From IMG/VR virus record IMGVR_UViG_3300032334_001128, positions 1 through 64,000 of that record: a stretch of 64,000 bases of DNA. One strand, written 5' to 3'. Both the position numbers and the translations under genes were made by a program. Shown piece after piece: positions 1 to 9,328 of this stretch (within the stretch, counting starts at the first letter, position 1; each line of letters begins with the position of its first letter). This DNA is from a virus. Below the pieces are notes generated by a model, which worked only from the letters and a program-made list of their open reading frames with translations, was not told the DNA's origin and did no database searches.

Positions 1-2
1 GT

Positions 3-749
3 GAAAAGTTACAAGCATTCTTGACTGAAGCGGCGAGCCATCTGGGCTATAGGAGCCATGCTGGACGTGTATCGTTCTACGGCGAGCGTAACGGGTATAG
101 CGGCCAGCCTTGGTCCGGGTCTTTTATTGATTATGTAGCGAAGGTAACCGACGTCGATATTCCCAGCTGCGTGTATCCTCCAGCTGCTGCAGCAAACTTC
201 TTACGAACGGGTCGCCTCTACGTTAATCCTAAGCCAGGTGACATCGTCTTCTTTAACTTTTCAACGGGTGGTCACTTTGAGATGCCACACGTGGGGATTG
301 TGATCGACGTAACCGGTGTAACTTTTAACGGAAGCTTCAAAACGATTGAAGCTAACATCGACACTGGACTCGCGAAGGGACCTCAGGATCGAAACGGGAT
401 CTTCGAACGAACCAGGTATCTGACGGACGTGATCGCCTTCGGCCGCCCCAACTTCTCACGAAGCCGATTAAAAGAGGGAGATCCGGATCCGAGCTTGCCT
501 CCGGTAAACTTAGCACGAGTGCTTTCGTTAAAACCTTGCCTGGATGTCGAGCTCATCCAACTCGCCTTGGCCGAAGAAGTCGGACTCAGAAATGCGAAGC
601 GGGGAACGTATGACGCTCAGACAAAGTCCGCCTTCGCAAACTTCCAACGAAAGATTGGATACGTTGGTGATGACGCGACTGGCATTCCGGATCGAAAGAG
701 TTTGGAAGCTCTTGCAATAAAAACAAAAAAGTTTGCGGTTTTGACTTGA
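3..749 (+). CDS. CHAP-type amidase/endolysin with C-terminal peptidoglycan-binding domain (5' end outside window)
   Basis: GQPW(S)GSF...HVGIV...TIEAN CHAP-like motifs; C-terminal DVELIQLAL...YDAQTKSAFANFQRKIG PG-binding pattern; frame is open from base 3. Confidence 0.75.
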   Translation, partial: EKLQAFLTEAASHLGYRSHAGRVSFYGERNGYSGQPWSGSFIDYVAKVTDVDIPSCVYPPAAAANFLRTGRLYVNPKPGDIVFFNFSTGGHFEMPHVGIVIDVTGVTFNGSFKTIEANIDTGLAKGPQDRNGIFERTRYLTDVIAFGRPNFSRSRLKEGDPDPSLPPVNLARVLSLKPCLDVELIQLALAEEVGLRNAKRGTYDAQTKSAFANFQRKIGYVGDDATGIPDRKSLEALAIKTKKFAVLT

Positions 750-774
750 CAATGTAGACGTCAAGAGTTATTAT
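746..774 (+). promoter_or_regulatory. sigmaA-type promoter, probably leaderless transcript
   Basis: TTGACA-17-TATTAT with the ATG 6 nt downstream and no RBS. Confidence 0.6.
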
Positions 775-780
775 CGAACT

Positions 781-1041
781 ATGAATACACCACATGACCC
801 ATATGAAAACCTAACCTTCATCAACGCACTAGTTCAGCAAGACCCGAGCTGGGAGCCCGAAGAAGTCGTTCTCGTTATTGGAGATGGCATTGCTGTCTTT
901 GACGAGGAATTCCCGTATGACGAACGCGTCTACTTCCACTTTGACAACGCTGAGCAGTACGAGACAGCAAAGACCACATTGCTGGAAAACGTTGGCTTCG
1001 TTGTACTACGTGAGCTTGAGGAAGAGGAGGGCGAGGAATGA
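781..1041 (+). CDS. acidic hypothetical protein
   Basis: 86-aa ORF behind a promoter, coupled to the next gene. Confidence 0.7.
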   Translation: MNTPHDPYENLTFINALVQQDPSWEPEEVVLVIGDGIAVFDEEFPYDERVYFHFDNAEQYETAKTTLLENVGFVVLRELEEEEGEE

Positions 1042-1196
1042 TCGAACCAAAAGATGAGTACGTATGTGATAACTGCTACGAGATGCAGGCAGACTATGGA
1101 GCTCCTGGAATTGATGGCACCATGGTTTGGATTTGCAGTGCGTGCAAAGAAGAAGGAACCTACGAGAACGTAGAGTTCGAAGGAGATGACGAATAA
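1038..1196 (+). CDS. small CxxC-containing protein (52 aa)
   Basis: ATGA overlap with upstream stop; GAGG RBS; two CxxC motifs; below ORF-track cutoff. Confidence 0.6.
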   Translation: MIEPKDEYVCDNCYEMQADYGAPGIDGTMVWICSACKEEGTYENVEFEGDDE

Positions 1197-1212
1197 ATGC
1201 TAGGATTAAAGA

Positions 1213-1479
1213 ATGAATGATGAAGAACTAACATTTGAAGATTGGATCAAGACCGGCCTGGAGAAGGGTTGGGTAGGACCGCCAGTCTGTGTACCACATG
1301 ACGGCGTGCCTATGTCCGCTGAAGAAGACGAAGCTTATGACAACGGCGAGGACCCTTGTTACCACGTAGTCCGGTTATATGATGATCTGGACGTCAAACG
1401 GAGCGTAGAAGAAAACCACTCACCATCTGTATGGCGTGCGACTTCGTACGGCGTGGATCTAGAAAGCAACGGCGAGTAG
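1213..1479 (+). CDS. hypothetical protein
   Basis: 88-aa ORF with AGGA RBS. Confidence 0.7.
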   Translation: MNDEELTFEDWIKTGLEKGWVGPPVCVPHDGVPMSAEEDEAYDNGEDPCYHVVRLYDDLDVKRSVEENHSPSVWRATSYGVDLESNGE

Positions 1480-1616
1480 CTCAGATCCGGTAAACTTCTA
1501 ACGAAGCACGGCGTGCCTTTGTTAGATGCTGCAGCACACTGAACCGCGGCGAGCGTATACGTACGTCCAAATAACATAACGGTGATGTGTATTAGTATTT
1601 CTATTGGAGGTACTAT

Positions 1617-1859
1617 ATGCAACAAGTTGAGCTGCACATAATTAACGATGAGACCGATGCCGGCCTGGCAGAAGAGTCTGGTCTGATCATATTTGAAACC
1701 GATGAGTTCTGCGAGAACTGCAACGAAGCTGTAGCCTACGCGGGTAACGGTAGATTCATCCCATGTGTCCTTGTGCTGGGAGATGTTGACGGGGACGACG
1801 TCGAGTACTTCATATGTAGCGACTGTGCTACACCAATCCTGGATCCTGGAAACTTCTAA
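1617..1859 (+). CDS. hypothetical CxxC...CxxC protein
   Basis: GGAGG RBS; two CxxC motifs. Confidence 0.65.
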   Translation: MQQVELHIINDETDAGLAEESGLIIFETDEFCENCNEAVAYAGNGRFIPCVLVLGDVDGDDVEYFICSDCATPILDPGNF

Positions 1860-2015
1860 CGAAGGAAGATCGCAGCTCAGCTGATGAGCGATCCGGATGT
1901 GTATAGAAACTTTTAACGAAAGCTCGTTCGAAGTTCCGGCCGGAGGAGATCACACTCAACGAAACTTGACATTCCACTGACTGGGACTGTAGACTTCTAT
2001 AAAAGAAGGAGTCAC

Positions 2016-2249
2016 ATGCCAAAGTACAAAATTTACTGGGAAGTCGAGATTGATGGGGAGCCTGCAACCTTGGAACTCAAGGGCTTGTGGGAATCAAAGG
2101 AGACAGACCCTGATGAGGTCTCGTTAGAAGTTGATGCAGATCCAGATCTGATTGGTGATGATTTCATTGGGTATCCAGACAACTATGACGAAGAGCATGA
2201 AGTGGTCTGGAATTCATTCCCGATTGCAATCAGAGTTGACGAAGACTAG
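2016..2249 (+). CDS. acidic hypothetical protein
   Basis: AAGGAG RBS; 77 aa. Confidence 0.7.
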   Translation: MPKYKIYWEVEIDGEPATLELKGLWESKETDPDEVSLEVDADPDLIGDDFIGYPDNYDEEHEVVWNSFPIAIRVDED

Positions 2250-2560
2250 TCGTCACTATTCATACGATCAATTAGCCTAGGTGATCTAGAAACATACCCG
2301 TTGTTTACTGGGGCATCAGTGAAGTCCCCCGCATTCAGTAGACGCCCGAGTCGAAGCTCAAGGCAACCAATGCATAGCATTCCCTTATCACCCGGTACCA
2401 CTGGCAACCACACGTGATCGTGTACCATGTAGTACTCGTCTAGGTGCAAAGTATTTCCATTGCAATCCATGCAGCTAAATCCATAGCACTCACCTTGACA
2501 TCCCGGAAATTGATCAGGACAAGGGTCTTCATATACATAATCATCACACGCGTAACACAT
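2246..2560 (-). CDS. Cys-rich conserved phage protein
   Basis: CMDC...EYYMVHDHVW...LCIGCLELRLGR pattern typical of phage hypothetical proteins. Confidence 0.65.
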   Translation of the reverse strand: MCYACDDYVYEDPCPDQFPGCQGECYGFSCMDCNGNTLHLDEYYMVHDHVWLPVVPGDKGMLCIGCLELRLGRLLNAGDFTDAPVNNGYVSRSPRLIDRMNSDD

Positions 2561-2651
2561 GTATCTATTGTATAAGAAACACAGCTTTCGCGCTATAGCT
2601 AGCTCCGAAAAAAGGATCAGAAAAAAAATTAATTATTTATAGCATTTCGAT

Positions 2652-2680
2652 TTGACTTCCAACGAAACTTCCTATAAGTT
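2652..2680 (+). promoter_or_regulatory. sigmaA-type promoter of the MoxR operon
   Basis: TTGACT-17-TAAGTT after an AT-rich tract. Confidence 0.55.
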
Positions 2681-2718
2681 AGTCCTATCAACATCCAAAC
2701 TAACGAAAGGTAATTCTT

Positions 2719-3198
2719 ATGGATGCTCAACAAACGCTGGCTGGTCAGGCTCTCTACTTAGAGATGTCTAATGGTGCCAAAGGCGATACTGCTCAAATCT
2801 TGCTCGTTCCAATGGGCATCATTGATGGCAAAGTGTCGCAACCTGTAATGCTAAGAAGAACAGTAAATCAATGGTCGCCAAGAGCACAATGGCAACTCGA
2901 CAAAATCCAAACAAACCCTGTTCCAACAATCCCGAGTGGAACTACTGCTACTTTCGGAACAATGTCTGATGAAGAAGCACAGCAACTTTCATTAGAAGTT
3001 CTTTCACCAATCAGAAATCAACTTGCTTATCTGATGGAAAAGGGTTGGACACTTAGAAATAATAAGCCCCTTGTTGTAGAAGTTTCACAGCAAGACTTGA
3101 TTGATGTAAGCAAGTGGTCAAGTCCACAAGGTCTGCTTCGCCGAGTTCTTAGAACTCGTAAAGAAGCAGGTTTCCCCGAAGAACTATTTACCAAGTAA
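2719..3198 (+). CDS. hypothetical protein, first gene of the MoxR/VWA cluster
   Basis: AACGAAAGG RBS; 159 aa. Confidence 0.75.
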   Translation: MDAQQTLAGQALYLEMSNGAKGDTAQILLVPMGIIDGKVSQPVMLRRTVNQWSPRAQWQLDKIQTNPVPTIPSGTTATFGTMSDEEAQQLSLEVLSPIRNQLAYLMEKGWTLRNNKPLVVEVSQQDLIDVSKWSSPQGLLRRVLRTRKEAGFPEELFTK

Positions 3199-3223
3199 GC
3201 CCGAGAGATAGGACATAAATAAA

Positions 3224-4249
3224 ATGGCTACATACCCCCCTACAAAAACAACAGTAGAAGATTTGGATGCTCTAAAAGCAATCTCGATCGATTTACCAAC
3301 TGCTCTAATCGCATACGCCGAACAAGCAGTATCATCAAAGAGCAAGTCAGTTCTTGATGGTCTAACAAACAAGGCTAGTGCCTTGACCAAAAGGGCTTCG
3401 GCTGGAACTATCCCTACAATGAAAAAGGTTCGTATCGTGGATGCCCCGAGTATTGATGGACAAGAGAGTTATGCTCGCCCTAATGGTGAGTTGTATTACT
3501 CTCGTAAATGGTCAGAGATGCCTGATGTCGAAGTCTTGCGTAAAGGTCGTGCCAATGGACACTATGCGTTGCTGTATGGTGCCCCTGGGTGTGGAAAGAC
3601 AGCATTGGTCGAAGCAAGTTTCGGGGATGAACTTTATACAATTCTCGGTTCTGGCGATACCGAACTTTCAGACTTCATTGGTGGCTATGTCCAAACTCCG
3701 AGTGGTGGCTTCGAGTGGGTTGATGGTGCTCTAATCAAGTCTGCCGAGCAAGGTAAAGTTCTGCTCATTGACGAGATTGGATTGATTGACCCGAAAGTTC
3801 TTTCTGCTCTCTATGGATTGATGGATGGTCGTAAAGAAATCACCATCACTCAAAATCCCGAGCGTGGAACTGTAAAGGCGAAAGATGGGTTCTATGTCGT
3901 TGGTGCGACAAACCCTAATGCCCCTGGGGTTCGCCTTTCAGAAGCCTTGCTATCTCGTTGCTTGCTACAAGTCGAACTGACTACTGATTGGTCGCTTGCT
4001 AAGAAGTTGGGCGTTCCAATGTTGGCAATCACAGCAAGTCAGAACTTGGCGAAGAAACAACTTTCAGGTGAAGTATCTTGGTCGCCACAGTTCCGAGAGT
4101 TGCTTGCGTTCCGAGAAATCGAAAGTGTCTATGGAACTGATTGGGCGATTGCGAACTTGCTTGCTTGCTCACCTGAAATGGACAGACCTGTTGTGGCTGA
4201 TGTCTTTACCCGAGTATTCGGAAAAGATTGTCGCCCTGCCAAAATCTAG
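3224..4249 (+). CDS. MoxR/CbbQ/NorQ-family AAA+ ATPase
   Basis: Walker A GAPGCGKT, Walker B LLIDE, GATNP sensor, LSEALLSR; adjacent VWA gene. Confidence 0.9.
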   Translation: MATYPPTKTTVEDLDALKAISIDLPTALIAYAEQAVSSKSKSVLDGLTNKASALTKRASAGTIPTMKKVRIVDAPSIDGQESYARPNGELYYSRKWSEMPDVEVLRKGRANGHYALLYGAPGCGKTALVEASFGDELYTILGSGDTELSDFIGGYVQTPSGGFEWVDGALIKSAEQGKVLLIDEIGLIDPKVLSALYGLMDGRKEITITQNPERGTVKAKDGFYVVGATNPNAPGVRLSEALLSRCLLQVELTTDWSLAKKLGVPMLAITASQNLAKKQLSGEVSWSPQFRELLAFREIESVYGTDWAIANLLACSPEMDRPVVADVFTRVFGKDCRPAKI

Positions 4250-4331
4250 GTAGTCCTATCCCTAGATCAGATTGGTAGTCGAGCTAGTGAAAATTAGCTC
4301 GGCTACTGATCCTGAAACTAGCTGATAGAAC

Positions 4332-4360
4332 TTGCTATAAAACTAAATCACCATTACAAT
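4332..4360 (+). promoter_or_regulatory. sigmaA-type promoter
   Basis: TTGCTA-17-TACAAT. Confidence 0.6.
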
Positions 4361-4387
4361 CGAAGTAAGTCAAACGAAAGGTAAAAA

Positions 4388-6232
4388 ATGGCTCACTATG
4401 GAAATGTAGAAATCACAGCAACAACTCCGAAAGAGTGGCTTGCTGTTGGTGCGAAACTCGGGCAGTTGGTCAATGAGTGGTCAGGTCGTAATGACCTTGC
4501 TGTTCTGATTGCTCACGAAATCGCTCACCCGAACCCTGCTCTATACAACCCGACAAGTTCGGAAATCGAAGTAAGTATTCCTATGGCATTTGGCATTGGA
4601 ACTACCCCTGCCAATCTTGGCGATTTATCAGACAAAGCAATTCAGTATGAGAACGCTAAGGCGATTGGCGTTATCTATCACGAGAGTTGCCACGCTAGGT
4701 TCTCTCGATACTCACTCGAAGATGCGAGCAAGGCTCTAACTGAAAACGAGTTCGGTGCTCTACACCTGCTCGAAGAAAGTCGTATCGAACATTGGGGCAT
4801 TACTGCTATTCCAAGTCATAGAGAGTTCCTAAGAAGTTCTGCTCTCGAAATTGTATTGGCAGAGATTGATACAGCAGTAGAGAAGATGTCTGCTATTCGT
4901 GCTGGTGCTTACCTATCAGGTCTGACCCTTGCTCGAATTGATGCTGGCGTTCTTGATGCTATGGATTTAGTTTCAGTATCAGAGTTCTTGGATGGATTAC
5001 TTGGTGCTGAAAATGTTGCTCGCTTGCGTGAAGTGTGGGTCGAGTTTCAGGCTCACGCTGACCACGCTAACGCCGAACCCCTTTACGCCTTAGCTCGAAA
5101 GTGGGAAAGTATCGTGAAAGAACTTTCCGAACAGGCAGGTCAAGAACCCGAAAATGGTCAGGATGGATGTAAGTTCCCTATTGGTGGCGAAGATGGTGAG
5201 AGTGGCGAAAAGGGCAAGGGTCGTGGAACAGGTCGATCGATTTCAGAGATGTTGGATGCTCTAACTGATGATGCTGATAACACTATGCTCTCGTCAAGAC
5301 AGAGTTTAGATAGACAGCAGACAGCCGAAGATTGGGATAAAGAAGTCAAGGCTCGTCAGAGTTCGGCAAAGAGAAATGCTGACCACCAAAAGGTAGCAAA
5401 GCAGATTATCGAACAGAACAAAAGGGGAAATGAACCTAGTTGCGATACCAACTCAAAGTTCTTGGGTGCGAGAAAACCAACTGCTATCGAAAGGTCGTCT
5501 GCTGTTCTCGTTGCGAAGTTGCTAGAAAAGGCAAAGTATCGTGAGAGAGATGTTGTCGTTCACAATCAAGTTCTTCCTGCTGGAAAACTTAGAACTCGAA
5601 CAATCGTTCAGGCACAGGCTCTCAAAGCAAAAGGTATTCACAATCCAATCGAGATGTGGAAGAACAAAACTCGCAAGCAAACTGACGAGCCAACTTTATC
5701 TATCGGCGTGATGGTGGACATTTCTGGCTCAATGGGTTCTGCTATGGAACCAATGGCAACGACAGCGTGGGTTCTATCCGAAGCAGGTCGGCGAGTTCAG
5801 GCGAGAACATCAATGGTCTATTTCGGCTCAGATGTATTCACCACACTCAAAGCAGGGCAACACTTGGAAGAAGTGCTGACCTACTCGGCTAATGACTACA
5901 CCGAGAAGTTCGACAAAGCGTTTCAGGCAACGGATGGGATGCTCAACTTACTAAACGGAAGTGGGGCGAGATTGCTCGTTGTTGTATCGGATGGACATTA
6001 CACTCCCGAAGAAACTAAAAAGGCGAGAGAGTGGATTGCCGAGTGTAAGCGTAGTGGCGTGGCTGTTCTATGGATTGGCTACGATAAATCCGTTGGTGGT
6101 GCCGAGTTCATTATCAAGGGAACGGATGCTGAATTAGTTTCTGTATCTAATGATGTTGCCGAAGCAAGTAGGGCTATCGGCGAGATGGCGAGTAGAGTTC
6201 TGTCCAAGATGGGCGAGCGCAACTCCTACTAG
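4388..6232 (+). CDS. VWA-domain protein (CobT/NorD-like) with N-terminal HExxH motif
   Basis: MIDAS DISGS and VVSDG; YHESCHARFS...LLEESRIE; MoxR neighbour. Confidence 0.85.
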   Translation: MAHYGNVEITATTPKEWLAVGAKLGQLVNEWSGRNDLAVLIAHEIAHPNPALYNPTSSEIEVSIPMAFGIGTTPANLGDLSDKAIQYENAKAIGVIYHESCHARFSRYSLEDASKALTENEFGALHLLEESRIEHWGITAIPSHREFLRSSALEIVLAEIDTAVEKMSAIRAGAYLSGLTLARIDAGVLDAMDLVSVSEFLDGLLGAENVARLREVWVEFQAHADHANAEPLYALARKWESIVKELSEQAGQEPENGQDGCKFPIGGEDGESGEKGKGRGTGRSISEMLDALTDDADNTMLSSRQSLDRQQTAEDWDKEVKARQSSAKRNADHQKVAKQIIEQNKRGNEPSCDTNSKFLGARKPTAIERSSAVLVAKLLEKAKYRERDVVVHNQVLPAGKLRTRTIVQAQALKAKGIHNPIEMWKNKTRKQTDEPTLSIGVMVDISGSMGSAMEPMATTAWVLSEAGRRVQARTSMVYFGSDVFTTLKAGQHLEEVLTYSANDYTEKFDKAFQATDGMLNLLNGSGARLLVVVSDGHYTPEETKKAREWIAECKRSGVAVLWIGYDKSVGGAEFIIKGTDAELVSVSNDVAEASRAIGEMASRVLSKMGERNSY

Positions 6233-6247
6233 CCGACAACAAGAGCT

Positions 6248-6310
6248 TCCCTATCGGGTGTCTGACTTCCCTTTCCTTTCGTTCATCAGACACTCGGTAG
6301 GGATTTCTTT
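6248..6310 (+). terminator. long-stem intrinsic terminator with anti-RBS loop
   Basis: 18-bp stem TCCCTATCGGGTGTCTGA/TCAGACACTCGGTAGGGA, loop CTTCCCTTTCCTTTCGTTCA, T-rich tail. Confidence 0.75.
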
Positions 6311-6645
6311 TATCGGCGAGCCTATGATCTCGGCGAGACGTAGCTGTAATAACGGCGAGCCCTACCCGGGTACTAAATTTATAACCGCGTGACCTAGGTG
6401 ATCCTGGGATCATAGCTGCATCAGTGTAACGGGGAATCTAACTTCTAACGGAGTGATGTTTGCAGCTGGTGAGATCTGTCCTTACATGTGCTTCGCGACT
6501 TCTAATGAACCGCTCGTGAAAAGATCTGATGAGAGATGAGAGGATCAGAGGATCAGAGGAGAGGATGGGAACTTCTAACGGAGAGCTCATCAGAAGATAT
6601 GCTGCCAGGTAGTACGTGGGAACCGGTGTGATAAGAAGCTGCCCT

Positions 6646-6683
6646 GCTCAGGGTGCTCAGGGTGCTCAGGGTCCTCAGGGTCC
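6646..6683. repeat. 9-bp tandem repeat (GCTCAGGGT)x3 plus CCTCAGGGT
   Basis: seen directly; would read AQG-AQG-AQG-PQG in one frame. Confidence 0.8.
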
Positions 6684-6916
6684 AACCGGTGGAACCGAAG
6701 TCTGACGAAGCTCATCGGAAGTTTACCTGGATCAGAAGCTGCCTGGTCGAACCTGGATCTGATCAGCTTCGTTCGAAGATTGCGGCCGGTGTATGTGGAT
6801 CTAATGCTGGCTGAGCTCCGAAAAATTAATTAAAAAATTTCGTGAAATGTGCTTGCTAATGTCGTGTCGTGTGTAATAATAGATACACCAAGCACACTTC
6901 TACGAAAGGAAACCCT

Positions 6917-7264
6917 ATGTGCGACAACCCTGAACACGACCACGAGAACTTTGACCCTATTGAACTAATCAGGAATACTGACGATGGGCAAGAGATTCTG
7001 GCTATCCTAGTGGCGAGCAACCTTGCCCTACTTGCTGACCACGCTGAAAAAGAATTTGTATCTCCACCAATGTCGCAAATGGCAGAAATCCTTGTTGCTG
7101 TTGCTGAACGAATTGGAAATCAAGAAGGCATTGACCTTGCCAAGTTCATCAAGATTACCATTGACGATGCTGTTGCTAACAATTGGGAAGTAGCCGAAGA
7201 TGATGGCGACACTACAACTTGGGTTCATAAAGCAGATAAAGATGATTTAGGCGAGGGTGCGTAA
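6917..7264 (+). CDS. hypothetical protein
   Basis: ACGAAAGGAAA RBS places the start at 6917. Confidence 0.75.
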   Translation: MCDNPEHDHENFDPIELIRNTDDGQEILAILVASNLALLADHAEKEFVSPPMSQMAEILVAVAERIGNQEGIDLAKFIKITIDDAVANNWEVAEDDGDTTTWVHKADKDDLGEGA

Positions 7265-7420
7265 ATGACCCTTGCTGAATTCTGCGATGAGAAGATTACC
7301 GAGCTGGAAGAGATGGCAATTGTTGCTATGGAAGAAGGCGATGATGACTTGGCGAGCTACTTGGAAGGATCTATTGATGCCTACTCCATTATCAAAAACA
7401 AGTTGGGCGAGTTGGCGTAG
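7265..7420 (+). CDS. small acidic protein (MTLAEFCDEK..., 51 aa)
   Basis: ATG directly after the upstream stop; not in ORF track. Confidence 0.65.
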   Translation: MTLAEFCDEKITELEEMAIVAMEEGDDDLASYLEGSIDAYSIIKNKLGELA

Positions 7421-7442
7421 CTCGGCGAGCACGATCTATGAC

Positions 7443-7471
7443 TTGCGACAAATCTAAATAACCACTAAACT
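7443..7471 (+). promoter_or_regulatory. sigmaA-type promoter
   Basis: TTGCGA-17-TAAACT. Confidence 0.65.
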
Positions 7472-7499
7472 CTTACTATGGCTAACGAAAGGAAATCAA

Positions 7500-8159
7500 A
7501 TGCCAAACTGGGTCTATAACTATGTTACTGTTACTGGCAAGACCGAAGAACTAAAATCGTTCATCACCAAATCAACTGAACCACGCCCCTATGAGAACGG
7601 CTTGTCGGAAAACCGAGACTTCTCGTTCTGGAACTTTGTGGCTCCACCCGAAGACAGACTGGATGAGTATTTCGGTATTCACGGATGGGTTGACGGCAAG
7701 CAACAAGGCGATACTGCTGTGAACTGGTATAACTGGAACAACGAAAACTGGAATACCAAGTGGGATGCTTGCGACCAGTATGTAGCCGAGATGGATGAAC
7801 TTGGTGATGGAACGGCGAGAATTAGTATTTCATACAATACGGCGTGGAGTATTCCTGAACCTGTGATGCGTGCGATGGTTGAGCAACATCCTGAACTTCG
7901 CTTTGAGTTCTCTTGCGAAGAAGAACAAGGATGGGGTGCTGACTTTGTTGGCGAGAACGGCGAGTTGGAAGAAACTAAATCTTGGGACATCCCGAACTCT
8001 CACGCTGACTATGTTGAGAGAGATAATGAAGACGGATGCCTTTGTAGTCACTTTGACGATGAAGACGAATGGTATAGTGACTGTCCTAAAGACACCGACC
8101 CTAACCGAGTTATCTCTATTGCCGAGATGGACAAAGACTTTAGGAACTTCGCCGAATAA
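7500..8159 (+). CDS. DUF1281/YubB ferredoxin-like domain protein
   Basis: MPNWVYN...WYNWNNENWNTKWD...YNTAWSIP signature. Confidence 0.75.
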   Translation: MPNWVYNYVTVTGKTEELKSFITKSTEPRPYENGLSENRDFSFWNFVAPPEDRLDEYFGIHGWVDGKQQGDTAVNWYNWNNENWNTKWDACDQYVAEMDELGDGTARISISYNTAWSIPEPVMRAMVEQHPELRFEFSCEEEQGWGADFVGENGELEETKSWDIPNSHADYVERDNEDGCLCSHFDDEDEWYSDCPKDTDPNRVISIAEMDKDFRNFAE

Positions 8160-8181
8160 ACTTGTGGTGAAAGCCACCTGA

Positions 8182-8226
8182 CTAGAACCCCCCTACACTT
8201 CCTTCCTTTCCTGTAGGGGGGTTTAG
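8182..8226 (+). terminator. terminator hairpin with anti-RBS loop
   Basis: AACCCCCCTACA/TGTAGGGGGGTT stem, loop CTTCCTTCCTTTCC. Confidence 0.65.
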
Positions 8227-8358
8227 TCTATCCATAGATCATTGACGGTTAGCCTGGGCGAGCTCAGCTCAGATTAGCTCCGGACGTGGCTTGCCGGTGA
8301 TCAGAATCTTAGCTGCGAAATTTGGATCTAAACACGCCATAAATAGTTTCGTTAGAAG

Positions 8359-8388
8359 TTGCGAAATGTCGTATCAAAGCATTATACT
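8359..8388 (+). promoter_or_regulatory. sigmaA-type promoter
   Basis: TTGCGA-18-TATACT, with ACACGCC upstream. Confidence 0.65.
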
Positions 8389-8416
8389 TTTAGTGTCTAA
8401 ACGAAAGGAAATCCAA

Positions 8417-8923
8417 ATGGGACTAGACATGTATCTATACGCTCGCAAGTATGTATCGGGCGTGGACTATTCACGAGCAAATGGTGAAGTAGTATCAACA
8501 CCAAATCCAATGTTCACTTCTGTAATCAACGCTATTGGACTTACTACTGACGAACTAAGTGAAGATTTTCCGTCTGCCACTATTTCGGTCAAAGTTGGTT
8601 ATTGGCGTAAGGATAATCAAATCCATAGTTGGTTTGTAAATAATGTTCAGGGTGGCGAAGATAACTGCGAAGAGTTTCATGTAAGCAGAGAGCAGTTGTT
8701 AGAGTTGCGAGATGTCTGCCGAAAGGTTGTTGCCGATAACTCACTTGCCGAAGAACTACTACCACCAGCCGAAGGATTTTTCTTCGGGTCATACGAGTAT
8801 GACGAGTGGTATTTTGAAGGTATCAAGGCGACTATCGCTATCTTGGATAGGATTTTGACTAACCCTAAGTTTGAAGATACGGGCATGTTCAGTTGGGACT
8901 TTTACTACCAGAGCAGTTGGTAG
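8417..8923 (+). CDS. conserved phage protein (MGLDMY...YWRK family)
   Basis: AACGAAAGGAAA RBS; GYWRKDNQIHSWF and GFFFGSYEYDEWY motifs. Confidence 0.8.
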   Translation: MGLDMYLYARKYVSGVDYSRANGEVVSTPNPMFTSVINAIGLTTDELSEDFPSATISVKVGYWRKDNQIHSWFVNNVQGGEDNCEEFHVSREQLLELRDVCRKVVADNSLAEELLPPAEGFFFGSYEYDEWYFEGIKATIAILDRILTNPKFEDTGMFSWDFYYQSSW

Positions 8924-9058
8924 AAAGTTGGCGTGGTGCCGGTGGAGAAATCTGCCGGCTCACCGGCCAGCAATCAGATCGATCGAAGACACGCGGCGAG
9001 CTGTTGCAATGAAATAATAAATCTTGTAAGATGGAGCTACGTTCGAGAAAGGAACAAA

Positions 9059-9241
9059 ATGAAACTAACCAAAGCTGAACACGATTTCCTAATGAAGCTC
9101 ATGGCTCAGACATGGGCATACGCCGACAGACACGAAGATGCTGTCGAACGTCAGGAGCTAGCTATGTCTATTATGGACAAGCTCGAAGAGAACCTAATCA
9201 GTAACGGATACGCTGACCAAATCGGCGAGCTAGGGGACTAG
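9059..9241 (+). CDS. hypothetical protein
   Basis: GAAAGGAA RBS before ATG 9059. Confidence 0.65.
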   Translation: MKLTKAEHDFLMKLMAQTWAYADRHEDAVERQELAMSIMDKLEENLISNGYADQIGELGD

Positions 9242-9328
9242 TGAAACGGATCGGGTTGTGGCGTGTTGTAGAAAATGTCACCCCGATTTGGTAGAGTTGT
9301 ATCATAACAACTAGTGAAAGGACTAGCC

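Noticed and set aside
1908-1935. Identity as a host dif site
   Set aside because: The 11-6-11 geometry fits, but the arms do not resemble known XerC/XerD arms; reported only as an unexplained dyad.
6150-6413. Two overlapping ORF-track ORFs across the VWA end and terminator
   Set aside because: They span a terminator and spacer with no RBS or promoter logic.
6616-6705. Collagen-like micro-ORF (AQGAQGAQGPQGP)
   Set aside because: Only about 29 codons, no RBS, and embedded in a palindrome-rich spacer; kept only as a tandem repeat.
7272-7457. ORF-track 61-aa ORF
   Set aside because: It is a frame shadow; the gene with a coupled ATG and phage-like composition is 7265-7420.
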